Positions 1 to 10,110 of a stretch of DNA of 64,000 bases are shown here, piece by piece (the first letter of the stretch is position 1; each line of letters starts with the position of its first letter). Under the pieces are notes generated by a model, which was given only the letters and a program-made list of their open reading frames with translations, ran no database searches and was not told the origin of the DNA. The stretch spans positions 2,304,001 through 2,368,000 of the forward strand of contig JAXHMG010000003.1 of assembly GCA_034521595.1 (NCBI GenBank). Direction: 5' to 3'. A program made the translations under genes and the position numbers. This DNA comes from Gemmatimonadota bacterium. Lineage in GTDB: Bacteria > Gemmatimonadota > Gemmatimonadetes > Longimicrobiales > Gaopeijiaceae.

Positions 1-374
1 AGCGAGACGGTACTCGGAGTCACGGATTCCACCGTCACCCCCGGACGTTGCGCCGCCGCGACCCAATTCCGCTGGACGGCGACCACCGTGTCCCGGGAGC
101 CGACACTCGCCACCGGGATCCGCACGGTCGTCCCCTCTCGGGCCAAGCGTATGATCTCCCGCGCGACGCCCCCCAATCGGATCTCCACCACCGGCGGATC
201 CACTGGGCCGGCGAGCACCCAACTCGTATCCGAAAGCTCAACCTGCACCGGCACCGTGGAGAATGTCTCCCGGTTGCTCGGCTCAGCCTGCACCACGGCC
301 CACAGGAAAAGGGCCAACCCGAGCGCGGAGAGTTTGAGACGCCAGTTGTGGAAGACGCGGGACGCAGAGGGCAT
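1..374 (-). CDS. YbbR/CdaR-like membrane-anchored protein, 5' part (runs off the window edge)
   Basis: Not in the ORF track. Manual translation from ATG 374 gives MPSASRVFHNWRLKLSALGLALFLWAVVQAEPSNRETFSTVPVQVELSD..., open to base 1. The N-terminal 'NWxLKLxAxxLAxxLW' anchor is typical of YbbR-like proteins. Confidence 0.7.
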   Translation of the reverse strand, partial: MPSASRVFHNWRLKLSALGLALFLWAVVQAEPSNRETFSTVPVQVELSDTSWVLAGPVDPPVVEIRLGGVAREIIRLAREGTTVRIPVASVGSRDTVVAVQRNWVAAAQRPGVTVESVTPSTVS

Positions 375-389
375 GAACGCGGGGGCCTC

Positions 390-947
390 TTATCCTTCGA
401 GCAAACGACGGACCAGTCCCACGTTGACGTCCGCATCCCAGTGCGTTCCGCCCGCGACCTTCTTGTAGATGATGCCGTCCTTCCCGATCAGGAAGGTTTC
501 GGGAACACCGGTCGTCTGGTAGATGCGTTGGATGTCGCCGGCGGGATCGTGAAGGATCGGGAACGTGAGGCCGAACTGATCGACGAATGCGCGAATGTCT
601 CCGCCGGGATTCCCGCTCTCGTCGGTCTCACCGGCTCGGGCATCGACGCTCACGGCGACGATCTCGAAGTCCTCGTCCTCGAACTCTTCATAGAGCCGCT
701 GCATCGACGGCATCTCTTCCCTGCACGGCGCACACCAAGTCGCCCAGATGTTGAGCAGGACGACGTTGCCCTCGTAGGTGTCGAGCGATGCCTCGCCACC
801 GTCCAGCGTGCGGGCCGTGAAGTTCGGGGCCTGCGTCCCCGTGCTGACGGGCCGGTAGCTCTCCCTCCCCAGCCACGCGACCAGCACGATCGCAGCCACA
901 CCGACCCCGGCCCAGAGATATGGCGAACGAAAGAACTTGCGCTTCAT
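390..947 (-). CDS. TlpA/ResA-family thiol-disulfide oxidoreductase
   Basis: N-terminal TM helix, 'LNIWATWCAPCREEMP' thioredoxin motif, 'GVPETFLI'. Confidence 0.9.
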   Translation of the reverse strand: MKRKFFRSPYLWAGVGVAAIVLVAWLGRESYRPVSTGTQAPNFTARTLDGGEASLDTYEGNVVLLNIWATWCAPCREEMPSMQRLYEEFEDEDFEIVAVSVDARAGETDESGNPGGDIRAFVDQFGLTFPILHDPAGDIQRIYQTTGVPETFLIGKDGIIYKKVAGGTHWDADVNVGLVRRLLEG

Positions 948-1009
948 GAGAACCGATCTCGGCGAGGTCTTGAGAGGGATGGTCAGGCATCTGCTCAACG
1001 CATCGAATG

Positions 1010-1846
1010 CTACGAATTCGGCGGCTCATTGTTCCCCGTGCCCCCCCTCCGCCCGACGGACAGGATCACCTCCGCCCCACGCCTCAGCTCCGTGTCGGCC
1101 GCCGGCTCCTGCTCGACCACGATGCCCTGGTCCCGACCGAACCGAAACACCTCGCGAACCTCCGAGACGACCAAGCCGAGAGAGTCGAGCGTGGCGATCG
1201 CCTCCGACTCCTCGAGCCCGAGCACCAACGGCATGGAGACGGAAGGGGGGCCGGTGCTCATCACGACCTCCACCTCCGCGGGTAACGCGACGATACTATC
1301 CGGCTCGGGGGACACCTCGATGACCCGGCCGCGGCTCGTTTCGGACTCTGCCGAGTCGGTGCGCACCACGAAGCCGCTCGCCTCGAGCACCACGATCGCC
1401 TGCTCCATTCCGAGCCCACGCACGTCGGGCACGGCGCGGGTCTGCGGCCCGAGGCTCACGGTCACCCGGACCGGGCTGTCCGGGAGCATGGATTGCCCGG
1501 GCAGGGGAGACTGTCCGACCACTCGCTCGGCAGGCACCGTCGGATGGGCGATCGAATCGATCGGGCCGAGCTCCAGGTTGGCTCCGGCCAGCCGCTCGCG
1601 GGCGGTCGATACGTCCGCGCCCCGGAGGTCCGGCACCTCGAACATGTCTCCCGGGGGCGGAGGCGCGGGGAAGACGGCTCGCGTCGCCACGAGATACCCG
1701 ACCAGCCACCCGAGGACCGCGAGCCCGGCGATGCCGGCCACGGTTCTCCGGTTCAGCCATTCGAGCCCCCAACCAGCCCGACCTTCCCCGGCCTGACTCT
1801 TCGCCCTGTTCTTTCGGCTCCTCTTGAGCGATCCCCCCAGCTTCAT
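1010..1846 (-). CDS. Membrane-anchored PASTA-repeat protein (about 3 PASTA domains, no kinase domain)
   Basis: TM segment followed by repeats 'VPDLRG..', 'VPDVRG..', 'MPLVLG..' with 'VVGQSP/VIEVSP/VVEQEP'; start overlaps the rsmB stop. Confidence 0.85.
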   Translation of the reverse strand: MKLGGSLKRSRKNRAKSQAGEGRAGWGLEWLNRRTVAGIAGLAVLGWLVGYLVATRAVFPAPPPPGDMFEVPDLRGADVSTARERLAGANLELGPIDSIAHPTVPAERVVGQSPLPGQSMLPDSPVRVTVSLGPQTRAVPDVRGLGMEQAIVVLEASGFVVRTDSAESETSRGRVIEVSPEPDSIVALPAEVEVVMSTGPPSVSMPLVLGLEESEAIATLDSLGLVVSEVREVFRFGRDQGIVVEQEPAADTELRRGAEVILSVGRRGGTGNNEPPNS

Positions 1847-3141
1847 CCTGTCCTCCTCATGCGCGCGGCGAACGCACCGTCGAACCCGTTCGTCTGGGGC
1901 GTGACGAACAGGCATCCCCTTTCATCCACCATTTCCGCCGGCACCGCTCCAGTGCTTTCGATCCGGAAGTCGTCGTGCGTACCCAGAAAGCTATCGATCC
2001 GGTCCCGATTCTCCTCGGGCTCGAGCGTGCACGTGGAATACACCAACACGCCCCCCGGGGCCACGGATTCGGACACCGACTCGAGCATCCGGGCCTGCAG
2101 CATGCTCAAGCGTTCAATCGCGGCGGCATCGAGGCGCCATCGCGCATCGGGATGACGAGCGAAGGTCCCCGTGCCGGAGCACGGCACGTCGAGCAACGCG
2201 ACATCCAAGCCCGAGAAGGGTGGCCGCAGCGCGTCGGCGACCACGCAGGTGACGGGACGCCCCGTCCGCTCACTGTTCTCGCGCACCATTCGAATCCGGG
2301 CCGGAGAGCGGTCGACCGCCACGACGCGCGCGACGCGAGCGGACACGGCGAGCGCCTTTCCTCCAGGCGCGGCACAGAGGTCTGCAATGACCGTGCCGGA
2401 GGGTAGATCCGCGTACCGCGTGACCAGTCCGGCCGCCGGATCCTGAATGAGCGAGGCCGGCACGGCCGCCAACGCGTCGAGGGGTCGCGTGCCTTCATCG
2501 AGCCGGACGTGGACCGGCTCGTCCGCAACGACCGTGCCGGCCAAGCCCGCGTCCGCGAGGCGCTCCAATACGGCGTCCGCGCCGAGGTCCAGGGCGAGCA
2601 GGAAGGTCGGCGGCCGCCGATTGTTGGCTGCGACGAGCGCCTCCACGTCCTCGAACGGCCACCGCCGTAACCAGCGCTCGAGAAGCCAACTCGGATGCGA
2701 TCCCCACGCCTCGAGGTACGCCAGCGGCTCCCGCGAGCGGTCCGGAAAATGGGCCTGGTCGTCCCCCGCTTCGGCGACCCGCCGCAGCACCGCGTTCACG
2801 AGGCCCGTGGGCTTGGCTCCCACGACTGCACGCACCTGGTCCACGGCCTCCGAAACCGCCGCGAACGTGGGGACCGAGTCCATGTAGAGGACCTCGTAGC
2901 TCCCCAAGCGGAGCACTTCGAGCACGGCGGGGTCGAGGGCGGTCAACTCCCGTTCGACATGCCGTGCCAAGAGGTGGTCGAGGCGCCCGCGGAGCCGCGT
3001 GGTCCCGTAGGTCAAATCGTGGGCGAAGGCCCGATCTCTTGCATCTAGACTCGCGGCACGGACACCGAACGCCCGATCCAGGCGCCGGCCCCGCTCGACT
3101 TCCATGCGAATCGCGTGTGCCGCTCGCCTCGCGGTCGACAC
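1843..3141 (-). CDS. rsmB: 16S rRNA m5C967 methyltransferase RsmB/Sun
   Basis: NusB-like N-terminal domain, 'DLCAAPGGK', 'DVPCSGTG', 'YSTCTLEPEEN'. GTG start at 3141 inferred; the longer ORF overlaps thiG. Confidence 0.92.
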   Translation of the reverse strand: MSTARRAAHAIRMEVERGRRLDRAFGVRAASLDARDRAFAHDLTYGTTRLRGRLDHLLARHVERELTALDPAVLEVLRLGSYEVLYMDSVPTFAAVSEAVDQVRAVVGAKPTGLVNAVLRRVAEAGDDQAHFPDRSREPLAYLEAWGSHPSWLLERWLRRWPFEDVEALVAANNRRPPTFLLALDLGADAVLERLADAGLAGTVVADEPVHVRLDEGTRPLDALAAVPASLIQDPAAGLVTRYADLPSGTVIADLCAAPGGKALAVSARVARVVAVDRSPARIRMVRENSERTGRPVTCVVADALRPPFSGLDVALLDVPCSGTGTFARHPDARWRLDAAAIERLSMLQARMLESVSESVAPGGVLVYSTCTLEPEENRDRIDSFLGTHDDFRIESTGAVPAEMVDERGCLFVTPQTNGFDGAFAARMRRTG

Positions 3142-3146
3142 CCCGG

Positions 3147-3959
3147 TCAGTCCAGCATTCCCGCGGTGGGCGACGAGGGGACCGCGATCTCCCGTGAAGG
3201 CATCCGTCCCGCCAGGTAGGCCGACCGTCCGGCCCACACGGCGCTCCGCATCGCATGGGCCATCCGGACGGGGTCGTCCGCCGCCGCGATCGCGGTGTTC
3301 ATGAGCACCCCGTCCACGCCCTGTTCCATGGTCACGCACGCATCCGAAGCCGTCCCGACGCCCGCGTCGACGATCACGGGAACCTCCAAGCGCCGCTTGA
3401 TCTCGCGGATGAAGTACGGGTTCACGACGCCGAGCCCGCTGCCGATGGGGCTCGCGAGCGGCATGACCGCCACGCAACCGGCGTCTTCCAACCGCAGCGC
3501 GGTGACGAGATCGTCGTTCGTGTACGCCATCACCTTGAATCCCTCGTCGGAGAGGGTCTTCGCCGCGTCCACCGTGGCCTGGACGTCCGGTAGCAGGGTG
3601 GTCTCGTCGCCGATCACCTCGAGCTTCACGAACTCGTTGAACCCGGCCGCGCGGGCGAGCCGTGCGTACCGGACCGCGTCCTCCGCCGTGTAGCACCCGG
3701 CGGTGTTGGCGAGCAGGAAGAACTCCTTCGGGTCCAGATGGTGGAGCACCCCCTCCTCTTTCGTGCGGTCCAAATCCACCCTGCGCACCGCCACGGTCAC
3801 CATATCCGCGCCGGAGGCCCGGATCGCGTCCACCATGACCTCGTTCGTGGCGTACTTCCCGGTTCCCACGATGAGCCGGGAGGTGAGGGTGTGCCCCCCG
3901 ACTTCGAGGGCTTCGTCCTGGACCGCCGGAGCCTCCGACGTCGTCTGGCTGGCCGTCAT
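3147..3959 (-). CDS. thiG: Thiazole synthase
   Basis: 'SRLIVGTGKY', 'LANTAGC', 'VKLEVIGD', 'MPLASPIGSG', 'DAGVGTASDA', 'SSP'. Confidence 0.97.
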   Translation of the reverse strand: MTASQTTSEAPAVQDEALEVGGHTLTSRLIVGTGKYATNEVMVDAIRASGADMVTVAVRRVDLDRTKEEGVLHHLDPKEFFLLANTAGCYTAEDAVRYARLARAAGFNEFVKLEVIGDETTLLPDVQATVDAAKTLSDEGFKVMAYTNDDLVTALRLEDAGCVAVMPLASPIGSGLGVVNPYFIREIKRRLEVPVIVDAGVGTASDACVTMEQGVDGVLMNTAIAAADDPVRMAHAMRSAVWAGRSAYLAGRMPSREIAVPSSPTAGMLD

Positions 3960-3960
3960 C

Positions 3961-4179
3961 TCAACCTCCACCCACGAAGTGCACGAGCTCGACCGTGTCC
4001 CCTTCGCCGATCGTGAATTCGTCGTATCGGTCCCGTTCCAGGATCTCACGGTTGAGCTCCACGACCACCATGCCGGGATGGAGGTCGAGGGATTCCAGGA
4101 GCTCGCGCACCGATTGGCCGGCAGCCAGGTCGTGCGGCTTTCCGTTCAGCCGGATTTCGATCATTTCCGTCGTATTCAT
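3961..4179 (-). CDS. thiS: Sulfur carrier protein ThiS
   Basis: 72 aa, 'VVELNREI', C-terminal 'VHFVGGG', adjacent to thiG. Confidence 0.95.
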   Translation of the reverse strand: MNTTEMIEIRLNGKPHDLAAGQSVRELLESLDLHPGMVVVELNREILERDRYDEFTIGEGDTVELVHFVGGG

Positions 4180-4838
4180 CGGCCCTCCGTGGATGGCCCG
4201 AGCGCTTCATCGAGCGCGGTAAGATACTCGAGTACGGCGGACGCGGGATCGGATCGGGCCCAGACGCCGCGCAACACGGCCACGCCCCAGGTCCCCGCCC
4301 GGAGGAGATCCGCGACGACATCCGGCTCGACGCCACCGATAGCCAGCGTCGGAACGCCCGACGCGTGCTCCAGGATCCGCTCCACCCCCCCGATGCCGAG
4401 GCCTGCTCGGCCCGGGTGGCTGTCCGTCGGGAATATCGTACCCACGAACGCGAAATTCGCGCCGTCCCCCCGCGCTCGGGCCAGCTCGGAACCGTCGTGG
4501 ACGGACACCCCGATCCAGCTCTGCGGACCCACGAGCGCCCGCGCTTCCCGGATCGGAAGCGAACGGCTACCCAGGTGCACCCCGTCCAACCCGGCCGCCA
4601 GAGCCACGTCCACCCGATCGTTCGCCAACAGGGTCGCTCCGTGCCGGCGCGCCACCGGAGCCAGCGCCATGGCCATATCGTAAACGGACTTTCCGCTCGA
4701 GCGCGGTCCTCTGAGGTGCACGGCCACGTCGGCCCCACCGGCCTCGAGCACCCGGGTCGCGCAGTCCTGGAAGCCGCCCCGCTCGAGCACGCCCGAATCC
4801 GTGACGAGATGTAGCCGGGGAAGGGTGAGATCAGCCAC
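4176..4838 (-). CDS. thiE: Thiamine phosphate synthase (ThiE/TenI family)
   Basis: 'LHLVTD', 'NDRVDVA', 'GVHLG', 'GVSVH', 'GTIFPTDSHPG', 'AIGG'; GTG start inferred. Confidence 0.85.
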   Translation of the reverse strand: MADLTLPRLHLVTDSGVLERGGFQDCATRVLEAGGADVAVHLRGPRSSGKSVYDMAMALAPVARRHGATLLANDRVDVALAAGLDGVHLGSRSLPIREARALVGPQSWIGVSVHDGSELARARGDGANFAFVGTIFPTDSHPGRAGLGIGGVERILEHASGVPTLAIGGVEPDVVADLLRAGTWGVAVLRGVWARSDPASAVLEYLTALDEALGPSTEGR

Positions 4839-4851
4839 CGGTACCGGAACC

Positions 4852-5847
4852 TCAGCCGAAGGTCTGTCCGACGGCGATGCCTCTTCCGTTGATCCAATCG
4901 CTCGCCACCATCCGGCGGCTCCCGGGCGGTTGTACTTCCCCGAGGAGGACGCTCCCCGATCCCGCCTGCACGCGCACCCCCTCGGACGGGTCGGCCCCGA
5001 GCACACGACCGGGGCGCGGCTCCGGCGCCCGTGGATCGGCGCCACTGCCCGCGACGACACCTTCTTCGGTGGAGCGATGGCCCGCCGCCCGGTCGCTCGT
5101 CGGCCTGGGGCGAAAGAGCTTGACCGGCGCTTCGTCCAGCGTGGTCCACGCTCCCGGCACCGGATCCATCGCACGGATATGGTTCGCGACATCGATCGCG
5201 GGGCGGGACCAGTCGATCCGCGCGGTCTCCCGATCGATCTTCGGTGCGTAGGTCGCTTCGCCGTGATCCTGCTCGACCTCCTCGACGGCACCGACCGTGA
5301 GAAGGGCCAGCCCTTCCACCAGCGCGGCCGCCCCGACTTCCGAAAGGCGCTCCGTGAGCTCACCCGCCGTCTCGTCCGGAAGGATCCGCTCGGACACCTG
5401 GTGCAGGATGGGGCCGGCGTCCATGGCTTCAACCATGCGCATGACGGTGACGCCCGTCTCCTCGTAGCCCCGCGCGATCGCCCAGTTCACCGGAGCCGCC
5501 CCTCGCAGCTTCGGCAGCAGCGAGGCGTGCAGATTCAGGGAGCCGAGCCGCGGGAGCTCGAGCACCTCCGTGCGGAGGATGTGCCCGTAGGCCACGACGA
5601 TGGAGACGTCCGGCTGGAGGTCGCCGATCGACGAGAGGAAGTCCTCGCCCTTCGGGCGCTCCGGAGTGAGCACGGTGAGGTCCTCCTCGAGCGCGGCCCG
5701 CCTCACCGGTGAAGGCTGCATGCGTCGCCCCCGGCCGGCGGGACGATCCGGCTGCGTGACCACTCCCACGATGTCGAATCCCTCTCCGACGAGTGCGAGC
5801 AGGGCGGGGACCGCGAACTCGGGTGTACCCCAGAAGAGGATCCTCAT
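4852..5847 (-). CDS. fmt: Methionyl-tRNA formyltransferase
   Basis: 'FWGTPEFA', 'VTQPDRPAGRG', 'NLHASLLPKLRGAAP', 'MDAGP'. Confidence 0.97.
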   Translation of the reverse strand: MRILFWGTPEFAVPALLALVGEGFDIVGVVTQPDRPAGRGRRMQPSPVRRAALEEDLTVLTPERPKGEDFLSSIGDLQPDVSIVVAYGHILRTEVLELPRLGSLNLHASLLPKLRGAAPVNWAIARGYEETGVTVMRMVEAMDAGPILHQVSERILPDETAGELTERLSEVGAAALVEGLALLTVGAVEEVEQDHGEATYAPKIDRETARIDWSRPAIDVANHIRAMDPVPGAWTTLDEAPVKLFRPRPTSDRAAGHRSTEEGVVAGSGADPRAPEPRPGRVLGADPSEGVRVQAGSGSVLLGEVQPPGSRRMVASDWINGRGIAVGQTFG

Positions 5848-5854
5848 ACGCGCC

Positions 5855-6370
5855 TCAGGACTCCTCCTCTTCGCGAAGCTTCTTCCACTTCTTGAGCAGC
5901 ATGCGCCGCTTGAGCGGTGTCACACGATCGACGAACAGCACGCCGTCCACGTGATCGATCTCGTGTTGAAGCGCCCGCGCCAGGAGCTGGTCGGCTTCGA
6001 GGGTCAGGGGCTCGCCGCTCGGGTCGAAGCCTTCCACGCGCACCGACACCGAGCGCTCCACCACTTCTTCGATGCCCGGGATGCTCAGACACCCTTCGGC
6101 TTCCTTGTCCGTCTCGGAGCTGGACCAGGAAACGCGCGGATTGACGATGGCCATGGGCTCGTCGGCATGCTCCTCACGCCGTAGATCGACGACGATGATT
6201 CGCTTCGAGAGCCCGATCTGAGGGGCCGCCAGGCCGATCCCCTCCGCGTGGTACATCGTTTCGAACATGTCCCGCACGAGGATCCGGAGGTCCTCGTCGA
6301 ACGACGTGACCTCGTCGGTCTCCCGGCGAAGCACCGGGTCTCCGAGCAAGACGATCTCTCGTACGGCCAT
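5855..6370 (-). CDS. def: Peptide deformylase
   Basis: 'GIGLAAPQIG', 'EGCLS', 'QHEIDH'. Confidence 0.98.
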   Translation of the reverse strand: MAVREIVLLGDPVLRRETDEVTSFDEDLRILVRDMFETMYHAEGIGLAAPQIGLSKRIIVVDLRREEHADEPMAIVNPRVSWSSSETDKEAEGCLSIPGIEEVVERSVSVRVEGFDPSGEPLTLEADQLLARALQHEIDHVDGVLFVDRVTPLKRRMLLKKWKKLREEEES

Positions 6371-6376
6371 CGCTGT

Positions 6377-7899
<1,523 letters not shown>

Positions 7900-7908
7900 T
7901 CAGCCGGC

Positions 7909-8979
7909 CTAGGGTTGCTCGTCACGGGGGAGGATCGCCATCGCGTCCCCGTACGAGTAGAAGCGGTACCCTTCGGCAACGGCGACCCGGTATGCGTCCA
8001 TGACCCGCTCGAAACCGCCGAGCGCCGCGACCAACATGAGGAGCGTCGAGCGCGGCAGATGGAAGTTGGTGATCAACCCATCGACGACCTTGAAGTCGAA
8101 CGGCGGGTGGATGAAGAGATCGGTGACCCCCGAGCCGGGCGCGACGCCACCGCGAGCGTCGGAAACGGCCTCGAGGGTACGAACCACGGTGGTGCCGACC
8201 GCCCACACGCGTCCTCCGGCCTGGCGTGTCTCGGCCACCGCTGCCGCTGCCGACTCCGGCACCGTGTAGCGTTCCCGGTGCATCTCGTGCTCCGCCGGAT
8301 CGTCGGTGTCGACGGGCCGGAACGTGCCCATCCCCACGTCGAGGGTCACCGCCGTGCGCCGCACCCCCATCGACTCCAACGCGGCGAGGAGCTCGTCCGT
8401 GAAATGGAGGCCGGCCGTCGGTGCCGCGACCGAGCCCGGAGCGCGGGCGTAGACCGTCTGGTACCGTTCGCGGTCGAGCGGCTCGTCCTCCCGGTCGATG
8501 TAGGGCGGCAGCGGCATGTGTCCGTGACGCTCGATCGCCGCTTCGACGGACCCGTCGGCGTGGAGGCGAACGATCCTGCCGCCACCGGCCGCCCCGTCCC
8601 GGATCTCGACCTTCAGCTCCGGGGCGATCTCGACCGTGCGGCCCGGCTTCAGCTTGCTCCCCGGACGCACCAAGGCGTTCCAGTCCCGCGGGTCGTCTCC
8701 CTCCGCCGGCCCGAGGAGGAAGATCTCCGCGGGTGCCCCCGTGGGCTTGCGGCCGAGAAGCCGCGCCGGCCGCACCCGGCTCTCGTTGACCACGAGGAGG
8801 TCACCAGAACGAACCAGCTCGGTGATCTGCCGGAAGCGGAGGTGCCGGAAGGGACCGTCGCCCGGCGGGACCACGAGCATTCGGCTCTCGTCCCTCGTCG
8901 TGGCCGGGTAGCGAGCGATCCGCTCGGGGGGAAGGTCGTACTCGTATTCCCACACCCGTGTGCCCCGAGTCTCGCTCAC
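7909..8979 (-). CDS. queA: SAM:tRNA ribosyltransferase-isomerase
   Basis: 'PLPPYI', 'YQTVYA', 'AAPTAGLHF', '[10 protein letters not shown]', '[10 protein letters not shown]'. Confidence 0.97.
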   Translation of the reverse strand: MSETRGTRVWEYEYDLPPERIARYPATTRDESRMLVVPPGDGPFRHLRFRQITELVRSGDLLVVNESRVRPARLLGRKPTGAPAEIFLLGPAEGDDPRDWNALVRPGSKLKPGRTVEIAPELKVEIRDGAAGGGRIVRLHADGSVEAAIERHGHMPLPPYIDREDEPLDRERYQTVYARAPGSVAAPTAGLHFTDELLAALESMGVRRTAVTLDVGMGTFRPVDTDDPAEHEMHRERYTVPESAAAAVAETRQAGGRVWAVGTTVVRTLEAVSDARGGVAPGSGVTDLFIHPPFDFKVVDGLITNFHLPRSTLLMLVAALGGFERVMDAYRVAVAEGYRFYSYGDAMAILPRDEQP

Positions 8980-10019
8980 TCCAGGACGAACAGGGTGCCT
9001 TGGCCGTCCTGCAGCGCTTCCGGCACCGTGTAGCCGAATCGCCGGAACGCCCGCGGCGTCGCGACACGTCCCTGGGGCGTGCGCATCAGGTATCCTTCCA
9101 TGATCAGGAACGGCTCGTAGACCTCTTCGAGGGTCGTCGCGTCCTCACCCATCGCCACGGCGAGGGAGTTGAGCCCCACCGGCCCGCCCTCGAACTTCTC
9201 GATCAGGGTCTTGAGCACGCGCGCGTCCATCTCGTCGAGGCCGTACTCGTCCACGTCGAGAAGCTTCAACGCGTCCTGGGCGACCGTGCGGTCGATGCGT
9301 CCCTCCGCCCGCACCTCGGCGAAGTCGCGTACTCTCCGGAGCAGGCGGTTGGCGACCCGGGGCGTGCCGCGCGCCCGACGCGCGATCTCGGACGCGCCAT
9401 CGGAGGTGGCCTGGACCCCCAAGATCTCCGAGCTGCGTGAGACGATCGTCGTCAGCTCCTCGGCCGGATAGAAGTTGAGGCGCTGCACGATTCCGAAGCG
9501 GGCGCGCATCGGCGCGGTCAGGAGCCCGAACCGCGTGGTCGCGCCCACGAGCGTGAAGGGCTCGATTCGCATCGTCATCGTGTCGGCCTTGGGGCCGTCC
9601 GACAGGCGAATCTCGACCTGCCAGTCCTCCATCGCCGGATACAGGAACTCTTCGATGATCGGACGGAGCCTGTGGATCTCGTCGATGAAGAGAATGTCAC
9701 CCTTGCGCTGGTTCGTGAGGATCCCGACCAGGTCGGCCGGCTTCTCGAGCACCGGCCCCGACGTGGTCTTGATGTTCACGCCCAACTCGCGCGCCATGAG
9801 CGCAGCCAACGTGGTCTTGCCCAGCCCCGGCGGACCGTGAAAGAGCACGTGGTCGAGCGGCTCCTGCCGACCCCGGGCCGCTTCGATCGCAATGGCGAGC
9901 GATTCGCGAACCTTCGGTTGTCCGATGAACTCCGCCAGCCGCTGAGGCCGCAGGCTCGGCTCGACCTGCTCTTCGTCGGAGAGGGCCTCGGGGGTCGTGA
10001 CTTCGGTCCGTTCGCTCAT
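8976..10019 (-). CDS. ruvB: Holliday junction branch migration helicase RuvB
   Basis: '[12 protein letters not shown]', 'GPPGLGKTT', 'FIDEIHR', 'RGTPRVAN', 'EPFL'. Confidence 0.98.
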   Translation of the reverse strand: MSERTEVTTPEALSDEEQVEPSLRPQRLAEFIGQPKVRESLAIAIEAARGRQEPLDHVLFHGPPGLGKTTLAALMARELGVNIKTTSGPVLEKPADLVGILTNQRKGDILFIDEIHRLRPIIEEFLYPAMEDWQVEIRLSDGPKADTMTMRIEPFTLVGATTRFGLLTAPMRARFGIVQRLNFYPAEELTTIVSRSSEILGVQATSDGASEIARRARGTPRVANRLLRRVRDFAEVRAEGRIDRTVAQDALKLLDVDEYGLDEMDARVLKTLIEKFEGGPVGLNSLAVAMGEDATTLEEVYEPFLIMEGYLMRTPQGRVATPRAFRRFGYTVPEALQDGQGTLFVLE

Positions 10020-10110
10020 ACCTGCAATCTAAGCCGTCGCACGGGGTGCGTGCAGCGTGGGGGCGTCACACTACGCTCCATGGACGTGCTTTCCCGTCAA
10101 CGCCGACACC

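Noticed and set aside
48-1796. 582-aa plus-strand ORF, and many similar long antisense ORFs across the window
   Set aside because: Shadow frames of well-supported genes in high-GC DNA; low-complexity Arg/Ser/Pro translations with no family motifs.
3142-3696. Apparent 185-aa N-terminal extension of RsmB
   Set aside because: Overlaps thiG in another frame; an open-frame artefact.
5010-5110. Low-complexity insertion in the Fmt C-terminal domain
   Set aside because: In frame, short and probably a variable loop; no intein or mobile-element hallmarks.
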